Assembly (NCBI GenBank): GCA_032718475.1
Contig: JAUCBJ010001484.1
Location: forward strand, 1,825-65,824
Origin: Nemertoderma westbladi
Lineage: Eukaryota > Animalia > Xenacoelomorpha
DNA length: 64,000 nt
Direction of reading: 5' to 3'
The notes under the pieces are model-generated. The model had not been told where the DNA came from. It did not search any database and saw only the letters and a list, made by a program, of their open reading frames with translations. Shown here one piece after another: positions 1 through 13,544 of the stretch. Numbering within the stretch: position 1 is the first letter of the stretch; each line of letters starts with the position of its first letter. Made by a program: the position numbers and the translations under genes.

Positions 1-1
1 T

Positions 2-1423
2 TTTATAATTTACTGGGGGTATTTCGTTAATTTTATTAGTTTGTAAAATTTTTTTGGTGAGTGACCACCATTGTTTTGTACTAGGTTGGGTTGATTCCAC
101 TTTTTCTGATAGAGAATTAAAGTATTCCCTTTTTGCTTGTCTACAGGAGGATATATAAGAGTTCCTACTCATTCGGAAGTTGGCCCAGGCTACTTCGGAA
201 TTTGACCTCTTGGCGATATTATGATATTTTTGTTTTTCTTTTAGTAGTCGTCTGGTGTCACTATCAAACCAGGGCTTGTCATTGGGGCGAATGGTCACCA
301 CCCTGTTCGGTATGTGCTTTGAAGCAATTTTCATAAAATTTTTTGTCCAAGTATCAATAATTCCGTCAATGTCGTCTGGTCTAATGTCGTTAACTTCTTC
401 CGGTATCTTAGCTAGATCAGTCTGAGTAAGCTCCCGTCGGAAGGATGTATTATTAGCGTGGCTGAAATCCCACACCCGTCGTTTATATGCTGGATCCTGG
501 ATCATTGTCAGCTTATATTTAAAATGAACTACCATATGGTCGCTGCTTCCATAAGGCGCCTCATGAAAGACATCATAGACTGAGCCGGGAGTAGTTGTCA
601 TCACTGGGCTTAATAGAGTTTTAGTTGTCCTTGTCACCCGAGTTGGTTCGGTTATGTATTGCGTGAGTCCTTGTCTCTGTATCAAAAATCGTAGGTTTAT
701 TGACGATTGGTGTATAAGGTAATCTTCGTTTAAGTCGCCGAGTAGTAAAATGTGTTGGTATTCAAGTGCCCGGGCCTCATTCAACATTGCATTAAAACTC
801 TCCCAGTAAGACGTTACATTTTCAGGCCTGTAGCCTACTCCTATTAAAAATTTTTTGTTGTTAGCCAGACATTCAACCCATAGTACCTCCAACCGGGGGT
901 CAATGTTTTCTAGTGTAATTTTGCGTTCGCATTTTATAAAATTGGAAATATATAGGCATACACCGCCTCCATGTCTGTTTCTATCATTACGAAGAGGATT
1001 TTGAAAACCAACTATTTTCAAATTGTCATCATTTATACTGGTTTCAAGCCAAGTCTCATTTATAGCCAGTATATCAACCTCGCTAGAGAGATTTGGCTTT
1101 ATAAACTCTTTATTTAAAATTAAGCTTCTAATATTTGTCTGAGCAACTCTAATTGGACGAATAAATTCATTTGGGCCTGGGTTAGGTTGGATATCCCCAG
1201 CAATAATTAACAACAGCCGTAATGCCATATGTGGTATTGTATTTTCATTTATAAATATAAATATAAAAATAGCAAAATTATTATGTTGGCAATTTTGTTT
1301 GTATTTTCTGTGCATAAAGATCATGGAATTCTTCCAATAGAAATAAAGATTCTTAACCATACATACATAATCATCTACACACACACACACACGCACCCAT
1401 AATACATACTGGGCCCAGAACAT
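2..1423 (-). mobile_element. CR1/L2-type non-LTR retrotransposon ORF (AP-endonuclease domain preceded by a 2A-like motif); open to the window edge
   Basis: Manual - strand translation is stop-free from ATG 1423 to position 2; it is absent from the ORF track because no stop lies in the window. It contains LLLIIAGDIQPNPGP, TNIRSL, DILAINETWL, RNDRNRHGGGVCLY, VGYRP, LLGDLN, EPTRVT, SDH and the post-endonuclease RPNDKPWF and KQWW motifs typical of CR1-like ORF2. The RT domain would lie outside the window. Confidence 0.9.
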
Positions 1424-1796
1424 GAACCACCACCAGGATAGTGCCCTCCACCAGCCGTACCCGGTAAGCCTAATGTCAGTTCCTTACCTAGATTGAAAAT
1501 AGGTGATATGAAATGAAGATGAGATCATGACTGAATATAAAGTATTATATTATATTATTTTGGTTACTACATTAATTAGTACCCTTTTATAGACAATATT
1601 TGTATTACATGTTACAAGTATTATGAGGATGAAAATATGCCAATATGAATACAGTAAATACCGATAAGACAAGTATTTGTGAATTACTTAGCTCCAAGCT
1701 GTAGTTCCCTCCAGGTTTAGTTTATTCGACTAATAGAGTAACCATGACCGTAAATTGTCTCAAGTGTCCTACCCAAATTCGATTAGCAGCTGCTCA

Positions 1797-4700
1797 TTCA
1801 GTACCTACCAGCCATACTGGATTAATTCAGTACCTACCAGCCAAACTGGGTTAGTTCAGTACCTACCAGCCAAACTGGGTTAGTTCAGTACCTACCAGCC
1901 AAACTGGGTTAGTTCAGTACCTACCAGCCAAACTGGGTTAGTTCAGTACCTACCAGCCAAACTGGGTTAATTCAGTACCTACCATCCAAACTGGGTTAGT
2001 TCAGTACCTACTAGCCAAACTGGGTTAATTCAGTACCTACCAGCCAAACTGGGTTAGTTCAGTACCTACCAGCCAAACTGGGTTAATTCAGTACCTACCC
2101 AGCCAAACTGGGTTAGTTCAGTACCTCCAAGCCAAACTGGGTTAGTTCAGTACTTACAATACAAACTGGGTTAATTCAGTACCTACCAGCCAAACTGGGT
2201 TAGTTCAGTACCTACCAGCCAAACTGGGTTAGTTCAGTACCTACCAGCCAAACTGGGTTAGTTCAGTACCTACTAGCCAAACTGGGTTAGTTCAGTACCT
2301 ACCAGCCAAACTGGGTTAGTTCAGTACCTACTAGCCAAACTGGGTTAGTTCAGTACCTACCAGCCAAACTGGGTTAGTTCAGTACCTACCAGCCAAACTG
2401 GGTTAGTTCAGTACCCCCAGCCAAACTGGGTTAGTTCAGTACCTCCAAGCCAAACTGGGTTAGTTCAGTACTTACAATACAAACTGGGTTAATTCAGTAC
2501 CTACCAGCCAAACTGGGTTAGTTCAGTACCTACCAGCCAAACTGGGTTAGTTCAGTACCTACCAGCCAAACTGGGTTAGTTCAGTACCTCCAAGCCAAAC
2601 TGGGTTAGTTCAGTACCTCCAAGCCAAACTGGGTTAGTTCAGTACCTACAATACAAACTGGGTTAATTCAGTACCTACCAGCCAAACTGGGTACAATACA
2701 AACTGGGTTAATTCAGTACCTACCAGCCAAACTGGGTTAGTTCAGTACCTACCAGCCAAACTGGGTTAGTTCAGGACCTACCAGCCAAACTGGGTTAGTT
2801 CAGTACCTCCAAGCCAAACTGGGTTAGTTCAGTACTTACAAGACAAACTGGGTTAATTCAGTACCTACCAGCCAAACTGGGTTAATTCAGTACCTACCAG
2901 CCAAACTGGGTTAATTCAGTCTACCAGCCAAACTGGGTTAATTCAGTACCTACCAGCTAAATGGTGTTAGTTCAGTATACCTACCAGCCTAACTGGGTTA
3001 ATTCAGTACCTACTAGCCAAACTGGGTTAGTTCACTACCTACCAGCCAAACTGGGTTAGTTCAGTACCTCCAAGCGCAAGCCAAACTGGGTTAGTTCAGT
3101 ACTTACAAGACAAACTGGGTTAATTCAGTACCTACTAGCCAAACTGGGTTAATTCAGTACCTACCAGCCAAACTGGGTTAATTCAGTACCTACCAGCCAA
3201 ACTGGGTTAATTCAGTCTACCAGCCAAACTGGGTTAATTCAGTACCTACCAGCTAAATGGTGTTAGTTCGGTATACCTACCTGCCAAATTGGGTTAATTC
3301 AGTACCTACTAGCCAAACTGGGTTAGTTCAGTACCTACCAGCCAAACTGGGTTAGTTCAGTACCTCCAAGCCAAACTGGGTTAGTTCAGTACCTACCAGC
3401 CAAACTGGGTTAGTTCAGTACCTACCAGCCAAACTGGGTTAGTTCAGTACCTACCAGCCAAACTGGGTTAGTTCAGTACCTACCAGCCAAACTGGGTTAG
3501 TTCAGTACCTCCAAGCCAAACTGGGTTAGTTCAGTACCTACCAGCCAAACTGGGTTAGTTCAGTACCTACCAGCCAAACTGGGTTAGTTCAGTACCTACC
3601 AGCCAAACTGGGTTAATTCAGTACCTACCAGCCAAACTGGGTTAATTCAGTACCTACCAGCCAAACTGGGTTAATTCAGTACCTACTAGCCAAACTGGGT
3701 TAGTTCAGTACCTACTAGTCAAACTGGTTTAATTCAGTACCTACCAGCCAAACTGGGTTAATTCAGTACCTACCAGCAAAACTGGGTTAATTCAGTACCT
3801 ACTAGCCAAACTGGGTTAGTTCAGTACCTACTAGTCAAACTGGTTTAATTCAGTACCTACCAGCCAAACTGGGTTAATTCAGTACCTACCAGCCAAACTG
3901 GGTTAGTTCAGTATACCTACCAGCCAAACTGGGTTAGTTCAGTACCTACTAGCCAAACTGGGTTAATTCAGTACCTACCAGCCAAACTGGGTTAATTCAG
4001 TACCTACTAGCCAAACTGGGTTAGTTCAGTACCTACCAGCCAAACTGGGTTAGTTCAGTACCTACCAGCCAAACTGGGTTAGTTCAGTACCTACCAGCCA
4101 AACTGGGTTAGTTCAGTACCTACCAGCCAAACTGGGTTAGTTCAGTACCTACTAGCCAAACTGGGTTAATTCAGTACCTACCCAGCCAAACTGGGTTAGT
4201 TCAGTACCTACCAGCCAAACTGGGTTAGTTCAGTACCTCCAAGCCAAACTGGGTTAGTTCAGTACCTCCAAGCCAAACTGGGTTAGTTCAGTACCTACCA
4301 GCCAAACTGGGTTAGTTCAGTACCTACCAACCAGCCAAACTGGGTTAAATTCAGTACCTACCAGCCAAACTGGGTTAATTCAGTACCTACTAGCCAAACT
4401 GGGTTAGTTCAGTACCTACTAGTCAAACTGGGTTAATTCAGTACCTACCAGCCAAACTGGGTTAGTTCAGTACCTACCAGCCAAACTGGGTTAATTCAGT
4501 ACCTACCAGCCAAACTGGGTTAATTCAGTACCTACCAGCCAAACTGGGTTAATTCAGTACCTACTAGCCAAACTGGGTTAGTTCAGTACCTACCCAGCCA
4601 AACTGGGTTAGTTCAGTACCTACCAGCCAAACTGGGTTAGTTCAGTACCTCCAAGCCAAACTGGGTTAGTTCAGTACCTACCAGCCAAACTGGGTTAGTT

Positions 4701-7700
4701 CAGTACCTACCAGCCAAACTGGGTTAGTTCAGTACCTACCAGCCAAACTGGGTTAGTTCAGTACCTACCAGCCAAACTGGGTTAGTTCAGTACCTACCAG
4801 CCAAACTGGGTTAATTCAGTACCTACCAGCCAAACTGGGTTAGTTCAGTACCTACTAGCCAAACTGGGTTAATTCAGTACCTACCAGCCAAACTGGGTTA
4901 GTTCAGTACCTACCAGCCAAACTGGGTTAATTCAGTACCTACCAGCCAAACTGGGTTAATTCAGTACCTACCAGCCAAACTGGGTTAGTTCAGTACCTAC
5001 CAGCCAAACTGGGTTAATTCAGTACCTACCAGCCAAACTGGGTTAGTTCAGTACCTACCAGCCAAACTGGGTTAGTTCAGTACCTACCAGCCAAACTGGG
5101 TTAGTTCAGTACCTACCAGCCAAACTGGGTTAGTTCAGTACCTACCAGCCAAACTGGGTTAGTTCAGTACCTACCAGCCAAACTGGGTTAGTTCAGTACC
5201 TACTAGCCAAACTGGGTTAATTCAGTACCTACCAGCCAAACTGGGTTAGTTCAGTACCTACCAGCCAAACTGGGTTAGTTCAGTACCTACCAGCCAAACT
5301 GGGTTAGTTCAGTACCTACCAGCCAAACTGGGTTAGTTCAGTACCTACCAGCCAAACTGGGTTAGTTCAGTACCCCCAGCCAAACTGGGTTAGTTCAGTA
5401 CCTCCAAGCCAAACTGGGTTAATTCAGTACCTACCAGCCAAACTGGGTTAGTTCAGTACCTACCAGCCAAACTGGGTTAGTTCAGTACCTACCAGCCAAA
5501 CTGGGTTAGTTCAGTACCTCCAAGCCAAACTGGGTTAGTTCAGTACCTCCAAGCCAAACTGGGTTAGTTCAGTACCTACAAGCCAAACTGGGTTAATTCA
5601 GTACCTACCAGCCAAACTGGGTTAGTTCAGTACCTACCAGCCAAACTGGGTTAGTTCAGTACCTACCAGCCAAACTGGGTTAGTTCAGTACCTACCAGCC
5701 AAACTGGGTTAGTTCAGTACCTACAAGCCAAACTGGGTTAATTCAGTACCTACCAGCCAAACTGGGTTAATTCAGTACCTACCAGCCAAACTGGGTTAGT
5801 TCAGTACCTACCAGCCAAACTGGGTTAATTCAGTACCTACCAGCTAAATGGTGTTAGTTCAGTATACCTACCAGCTTAACTGGGTTAATTCAGTACCTAC
5901 CAGCCAAACTGGGTTAGTTCACTACCTACCAGCCAAACTGGGTTAGTTCAGTACCTCCAAGCGCAAGCCAAACTGGGTTAGTTCAGTACCTACAAGCCAA
6001 ACTGGGTTAATTCAGTACCTACCAGCCAAACTGGGTTAATTCAGTACCTACCAGCCAAACTGGGTTAATTCAGTACCTACAGCCAAACTGGGTAATTCAG
6101 TCTACCAGCCAAACTGGGTTAATTCAGTACCTACCAGCTAAATGGTGTTAGTTCGGTATACCTACCTGCCAAATTGGGTTAATTCAGTACCTACTAGCCA
6201 AACTGGGTTAGTTCAGTACCTACCAGCCAAACTGGGTTAGTTCAGTACCTCCAAGCCAAACTGGGTTAGTTCAGTACCTACCAGCCAAACTGGGTTAGTT
6301 CAGTACCTACCAGCCAAACTGGGTTAGTTCAGTACCTACCAGCCAAACTGGGTTAGTTCAGTACCTACCAGCCAAACTGGGTTAGTTCAGTACCTCCAAG
6401 CCAAACTGGGTTAGTTCAGTACCTACCAGCCAAACTGGGTTAGTTCAGTACCTACCAGCCAAACTGGGTTAGTTCAGTACCTACCAGCCAAACTGGGTTA
6501 ATTCAGTACCTACCAGCCAAACTGGGTTAATTCAGTACCTACCAGCCAAACTGGGTTAATTCAGTACCTACTAGCCAAACTGGGTTAGTTCAGTACCTAC
6601 TAGTCAAACTGGTTTAATTCAGTACCTACCAGCCAAACTGGGTTAATTCAGTACCTACCAGCAAAACTGGGTTAATTCAGTACCTACTAGCCAAACTGGG
6701 TTAGTTCAGTACCTACTAGTCAAACTGGTTTAATTCAGTACCTACCAGCCAAACTGGGTTAATTCAGTACCTACCAGCCAAACTGGGTTAGTTCAGTATA
6801 CCTACCAGCCAAACTGGGTTAGTTCAGTACCTACTAGCCAAACTGGGTTAATTCAGTACCTACCAGCCAAACTGGGTTAATTCAGTACCTACTAGCCAAA
6901 CTGGGTTAGTTCAGTACCTACCAGCCAAACTGGGTTAGTTCAGTACCTACCAGCCAAACTGGGTTAGTTCAGTACCTACCAGCCAAACTGGGTTAGTTCA
7001 GTACCTACCAGCCAAACTGGGTTAGTTCAGTACCTACTAGCCAAACTGGGTTAATTCAGTACCTACCCAGCCAAACTGGGTTAGTTCAGTACCTACCAGC
7101 CAAACTGGGTTAGTTCAGTACCTCCAAGCCAAACTGGGTTAGTTCAGTACCTCCAAGCCAAACTGGGTTAGTTCAGTACCTACCAGCCAAACTGGGTTAG
7201 TTCAGTACCTACCAACCAGCCAAACTGGGTTAAATTCAGTACCTACCAGCCAAACTGGGTTAATTCAGTACCTACTAGCCAAACTGGGTTAGTTCAGTAC
7301 CTACTAGTCAAACTGGGTTAATTCAGTACCTACCAGCCAAACTGGGTTAGTTCAGTACCTACCAGCCAAACTGGGTTAATTCAGTACCTACCAGCCAAAC
7401 TGGGTTAATTCAGTACCTACCAGCCAAACTGGGTTAATTCAGTACCTACTAGCCAAACTGGGTTAGTTCAGTACCTACCCAGCCAAACTGGGTTAGTTCA
7501 GTACCTACCAGCCAAACTGGGTTAGTTCAGTACCTCCAAGCCAAACTGGGTTAGTTCAGTACCTCCAAGCCAAACTGGGTTAGTTCAGTACCTACCAGCC
7601 AAACTGGGTTAGTTCAGTACCTACCAACCAGCCAAACTGGGTTAAATTCAGTACCTACCAGCCAAACTGGGTTAATTCAGTACCTACTAGCCAAACTGGG

Positions 7701-10700
7701 TTAGTTCAGTACCTACTAGTCAAACTGGGTTAATTCAGTACCTACCAGCCAAACTGGGTTAGTTCAGTACCTACCAGCCAAACTGGGTTAATTCAGTACC
7801 TACCAGCCAAACTGGGTTAATTCAGTACCTACCAGCCAAACTGGGTTAATTCAGTACCTACCAGCTAAATGGTGTTAGTTCGGTATACCTACCAGCCAAA
7901 TTGGGTTAATTCAGTACCTTCTAGCCAAACTGGGTTAGTTCAGTACCTACCAGCCAAACTGGGTTAGTTCAGTACCTCCAAGCCAAACTGGGTTAGTTCA
8001 GTACCTACCAGCCAAACTGGGTTAGTTCAGTACCTACCAGCCAAACTGGGTTAGTTCAGTACCTACCAGCCAAACTGGGTTAGTTCAGTACCTACCAGCC
8101 AAACTGGGTTAGTTCAGTACCTCCAAGCCAAACTGGGTTAGTTCAGTACCTACCAGCAAAACTGGGTTAGTTCAGTACCTACCAGCCAAACTGGGTTAGT
8201 TCAGTACCTACCAGCCAAACTGGGTTAATTCAGTACCTACCAGCCAAACTGGGTTAATTCAGTACCTACTAGCCAAACTGGGTTAGTTCAGTACCTACTA
8301 GTCGAACTGGTTTAATTCAGTACCTACCAGCCAAACTGGATTAATTCAGTACCTACCAGCCAAACTGGGTTAGTTCAGTACCTACCAGTCAAACTGGTTT
8401 AATTCAGTACCTACTAGTCAAACTGGTTTAATTCAGTACCTACCAGCCAAACTGGGTTAATTCAGTACCTACCAGCCAAACTGGGTTAGTTCAGTACCTA
8501 CTAGCCAAACTGGGTTAGTTCAGTACCTACTAGCCAAACTGGGTTAATTCAGTACCTACTAGCCAAACTGGGTTAATTCAGTACCTACTAGCCAAACTGG
8601 GTTAGTTCAGTACCTACCAGCCAAACTGGGTTAGTTCAGTACCTACCAGCCAAACTGGGTTAGTTCAGTACCTACCAGCCAAACTGGGTTAGTTCAGTAC
8701 CTACCAGCCAAACTGGGTTAGTTCAGTACCTCCAAGCCAAACTGGGTTAATTCAGTACCTACCCAGCCAAACTGGGTTAGTTCAGTACCTACCAGCCAAA
8801 CTGGGTTAGTTCAGTACCTCCAAGCCAAACTGGGTTAGTTCAGTACCTCCAAGCCAAACTGGGTTAGTTCAGTACCTACCAGCCAAACTGGGTTAATTCA
8901 GTACCTACCAGCCAAACTGGGTTAATTCAGTACCTACCAGCCAAACTGGGTTAATTCAGTACCTACTAGCCAAACTGGGTTAGTTCAGTACCTACTAGTC
9001 AAACTGGGTTAGTTCAGTACCTCCAAGCCAAACTGGGTTAGTTCAGTACCTACCAGCCAAACTGGGTTAGTTCAGTACCTACCAGCCAAACTGGGTTAGT
9101 TCAGTACCTACCAGCCAAACTGGGTTAGTTCAGTACCTACCAGCCAAACTGGGTTAGTTCAGTACCTCCAAGCCAAACTGGGTTAGTTCAGTACCTACCA
9201 GCCAAACTGGGTTAGTTCAGTACCTACCAGCCAAACTGGGTTAGTTCAGTACCTACCAGCCAAACTGGGTTAATTCAGTACCTACCAGCCAAACTGGGTT
9301 AATTCAGTACCTACTAGCCAAACTGGGTTAGTTCAGTATCTACCAGCCAAACTGGGTTAGTTCAGTACCTACTAGCCAAACTGGGTTAATTCAGTACCTA
9401 CCAGCCAAACTGGGTTAGTTCAGTACCTACTAGTCAAACTGGTTTAATTCAGTACCTACCAGCCAAACTGGGTTAATTCAGTACCTACCAGCCAAACTGG
9501 GTTAGTTCAGTATACCTACCAGCCAAACTGGGTTAGTTCAGTACCTACTAGCCAAACTGGGTTAATTCAGTACCTACCAGCCAAACTGGGTTAATTCAGT
9601 ACCTACTAGCCAAACTGGGTTAGTTCAGTACCTACCAGCCAAACTGGGTTAGTTCAGTACCTACCAGCCAAACTGGGTTAGTTCAGTACCTACCAGCCAA
9701 ACTGGGTTAGTTCAGTACCTACCAGCCAAACTGGGTTAGTTCAGTACCTACTAGCCAAACTGGGTTAATTCAGTACCTACCCAGCCAAACTGGGTTAGTT
9801 CAGTACCTACCAGCCAAACTGGGTTAGTTCAGTACCTCCAAGCCAAACTGGGTTAGTTCAGTACCTCCAAGCCAAACTGGGTTAGTTCAGTACCTACCAG
9901 CCAAACTGGGTTAGTTCAGTACCTACCAACCAGCCAAACTGGGTTAAATTCAGTACCTACCAGCCAAACTGGGTTAATTCAGTACCTACTAGCCAAACTG
10001 GGTTAGTTCAGTACCTACTAGTCAAACTGGGTTAGTTCAGTACCTACTAGCCAAACTGGGTTAATTCAGTACCTACCCAGCCAAACTGGGTTAGTTCAGT
10101 ACCTACCAGCCAAACTGGGTTAGTTCAGTACCTCCAAGCCAAACTGGGTTAGTTCAGTACCTCCAAGCCAAACTGGGTTAGTTCAGTACCTACCAGCCAA
10201 ACTGGGTTAGTTCAGTACCTACCAACCAGCCAAACTGGGTTAAATTTAGTACCTACCAGCCAAACTGGGTTAATTCAGTACCTACTAGCCAAACTGGGTT
10301 AGTTCAGTACCTACTAGTCAAACTGGGTTAATTCAGTACCTACCAGCCAAACTGGGTTAGTTCAGTACCTACCAGCCAAACTGGGTTAATTCAGTACCTA
10401 CCAGCCAAACTGGGTTAATTCAGTACCTCCAAGCCAAACTGGGTTAGTTCAGTACCTCCAAGCCAAACTGGGTTAGTTCAGTACCTACCAGCCAAACTGG
10501 GTTAATTGAGTACCTACCAGCCAAACTGGGTTAGTTCAGTACCTACCAACCAGCCAAACTGGGTTAAATTCAGTACCTACCAGCCAAACTGGGTTAATTC
10601 AGTACCTACTAGCCAAACTGGGTTAGTTCAGTACCTACTAGTCAAACTGGGTTAATTCAGTACCTACCAGCCAAACTGGGTTAGTTCAGTACCTACCAGC

Positions 10701-13342
10701 CAAACTGGGTTAATTCAGTACCTACCAGCCAAACTGGGTTAATTCAGTACCTACCAGCCAAACTGGGTTAATTCAGTACCTACCAGCTAAATGGTGTTAG
10801 TTCGGTATACCTACCAGCCAAATTGGGTTAATTCAGTACCTTCTAGCCAAACTGGGTTAGTTCAGTACCTACCAGCCAAACTGGGTTAGTTCAGTACCTC
10901 CAAGCCAAACTGGGTTAGTTCAGTACCTACCAGCCAAACTGGGTTAGTTCAGTACCTACCAGCCAAACTGGGTTAGTTCAGTACCTACCAGCCAAACTGG
11001 GTTAGTTCAGTACCTACCAGCCAAACTGGGTTAGTTCAGTACCTCCAAGCCAAACTGGGTAAGTTCAGTACCTACCAGCCAAACTGGGTTAGTTCAGTAC
11101 CTACCAGCCAAACTGGGTTAGTTCAGTACCTACCAGCCAAACTGGGTTAATTCAGTACCTACCAGCCAAACTGGGTTAATTCAGTACCTACTAGCCAAAC
11201 TGGGTTAGTTCAGTACCTACTAGTCAAACTGGTTTAATTCAGTACCTACCAGCCAAACTGGATTAATTCAGTACCTACCAGCCAAACTGGGTTAGTTCAG
11301 TACCTACTAGTCAAACTGGTTTAATTCAGTACCTACTAGTCAAACTGGTTTAATTCAGTACCTACCAGCCAAACTGGGTTAATTCAGTACCTACCAGCCA
11401 AACTGGGTTAGTTCAGTACCTACTAGCCAAACTGGGTTAGTTCAGTACCTACTAGCCAAACTGGGTTAATTCAGTACCTACTAGCCAAACTGGGTTAATT
11501 CAGTACCTACTAGCCAAACTGGGTTAGTTCAGTACCTACCAGCCAAACTGGGTTAGTTCAGTACCTACCAGCCAAACTGGGTTAGTTCAGTACCTACCAG
11601 CCAAACTGGGTTAGTTCAGTACCTACCAGCCAAACTGGGTTAGTTCAGTACCTACTAGCCAAACTGGGTTAATTCAGTACCTACCCAGCCAAACTGGGTT
11701 AGTTCAGTACCTACCAGCCAAACTGGGTTAGTTCAGTACCTCCAAGCCAAACTGGGTTAGTTCAGTACCTCCAAGCCAAACTGGGTTAGTTCAGTACCTA
11801 CCAGCCAAACTGGGTTAATTCAGTACCTACCAGCCAAACTGGGTTAATTCAGTACCTACCAGCCAAACTGGGTTAATTCAGTACCTACCAGCCAAACTGG
11901 GTTAGTTCAGTACCTACTAGCCAAACTGGGTTAATTCAGTACCTACCCAGCCAAACTGGGTTAGTTCAGTACCTACCAGCCAAACCGGGTTAGTTCAGTA
12001 CCTCCAAGCCAAACTGGGTTAGTTCAGTACCTCCAAGCCAAACTGGGTTAGTTCAGTACCTACCAGCCAAACTGGGTTAGTTCAGTACCTACCAACCAGC
12101 CAAACTGGGTTAAGTTCAGTACCTACCAGCCAAACTGGGTTAATTCAGTACCTACTAGCCAAACTGGGTTAGTTCAGTACCTACTAGTCAAACTGGGTTA
12201 ATTCAGTACCTACCAGCCAAACTGGGTTAGTTCAGTACCTACCAGCCAAACTGGGTTAATTCATTACCTACCAGCCAAACTGGGTTAATTCAGTACCTAC
12301 CAGCCAAACTGGGTTAATTCAGTACCTACTAGCCAAACTGGGTTAGTTCAGTACCTACTAGTCAAACTGGGTTAATTCAGTACCTACCAGCCAAACTGGG
12401 TTAGTTCAGTACCTACCAGCCAAACTGGGTTAATTCAGTACCTACCAGCCAAACTGGGTTAATTCAGTACCTACCAACCAAACTGGGTTAATTCAGTACC
12501 TACTAGCCAAACTGGGTTAGTTCAGTACCTACTAGTCAAACTGGGTTAATTCAGTACCTACCAGCCAAACTGGGTTAGTTCAGTACCTACCAGCCATACT
12601 GGATTAATTCAGTACCTAACAGCCAAACTGGGTTAATTCAGTACCTACTAGCCAAACTGGGTTAGTTCAGTACCTACTAGCCAAACTGGGTTAGTTCAGT
12701 ACCTACTAGTCAAACTGGTTTAATTCAGTACCTACCAGCCAAACTGGGTTAATTCAGTACCTAACAGCCAAACTGGGTTAATTCAGTACCTACTAGTCAA
12801 ACTGGTTTAATTCAGTACCTACCAGCCAAACTGGGTTAATTCAGTACCTACCAGCCAAACTGGGTTAGTTCAGTATACCTACCAGCCAAACTGGGTTAGT
12901 TCAGTACCTACTAGCCAAACTGGGTTAATTCAGTACCTAACAGCCAAACTGGGTTAATTCAGTACCTACTAGCCAAACTGGGTTAATTCAGTACCTACCA
13001 GCCAAACTGGGTTAATTCAGTACCTACTAGTCAAACTGGTTTAATTCAGTACCTACCAGCCAAACTGGGTTAATTCAGTACCTACCAGCCAAACTGGGTT
13101 AGTTCAGTATACCTACCAGCCAAACTGGGTTAGTTCAGTACCTACTAGCCAAACTGGGTTAATTCAGTACCTACCAGCCAAACTGGGTTAATTCAGTACC
13201 TACCAGCCAAACTGGGTTAGTTCAGTATACCTACCAGCCAAACTGGGTTAGTTCAGTACCTACTAGCCAAACTGGGTTAATTCAGTACCTACCAGCCAAA
13301 CTGGGTTAATTCAGTACCTACCAGCCAAACTGGGTTAGTTCA
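1797..13342. repeat. 29-bp satellite array (~11.5 kb, ~395 monomers), consensus TTCAGTACCTACCAGCCAAACTGGGTTA(G/A)
   Basis: Directly visible head-to-tail repeat with recurrent variants (CCTCCAAG, CTACTAG, AGCTAAATGGTG). Confidence 0.99.
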
Positions 13343-13544
13343 ACTGATTATATATTCGCATTTTATTGAAACTACAAAAATAGCCACATACCTAAACTAT
13401 ACTTACTTATGCTCTGGGACGAATCTGATTTAATCGAAAACAATAAAAATTGGTTGCTTAAATCTGCTTGAATGCTCAAAATTATTGCTTAATTCTTATT
13501 TAATTATTTTGGCCATCTTTCTATATAAATGGTCTTGAATTTGT

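Noticed and set aside
1797-13342. CRISPR-like appearance of the 29-bp repeat
   Set aside because: Monomers are head-to-tail with no unique spacers, there are no cas genes, and the context is eukaryotic.
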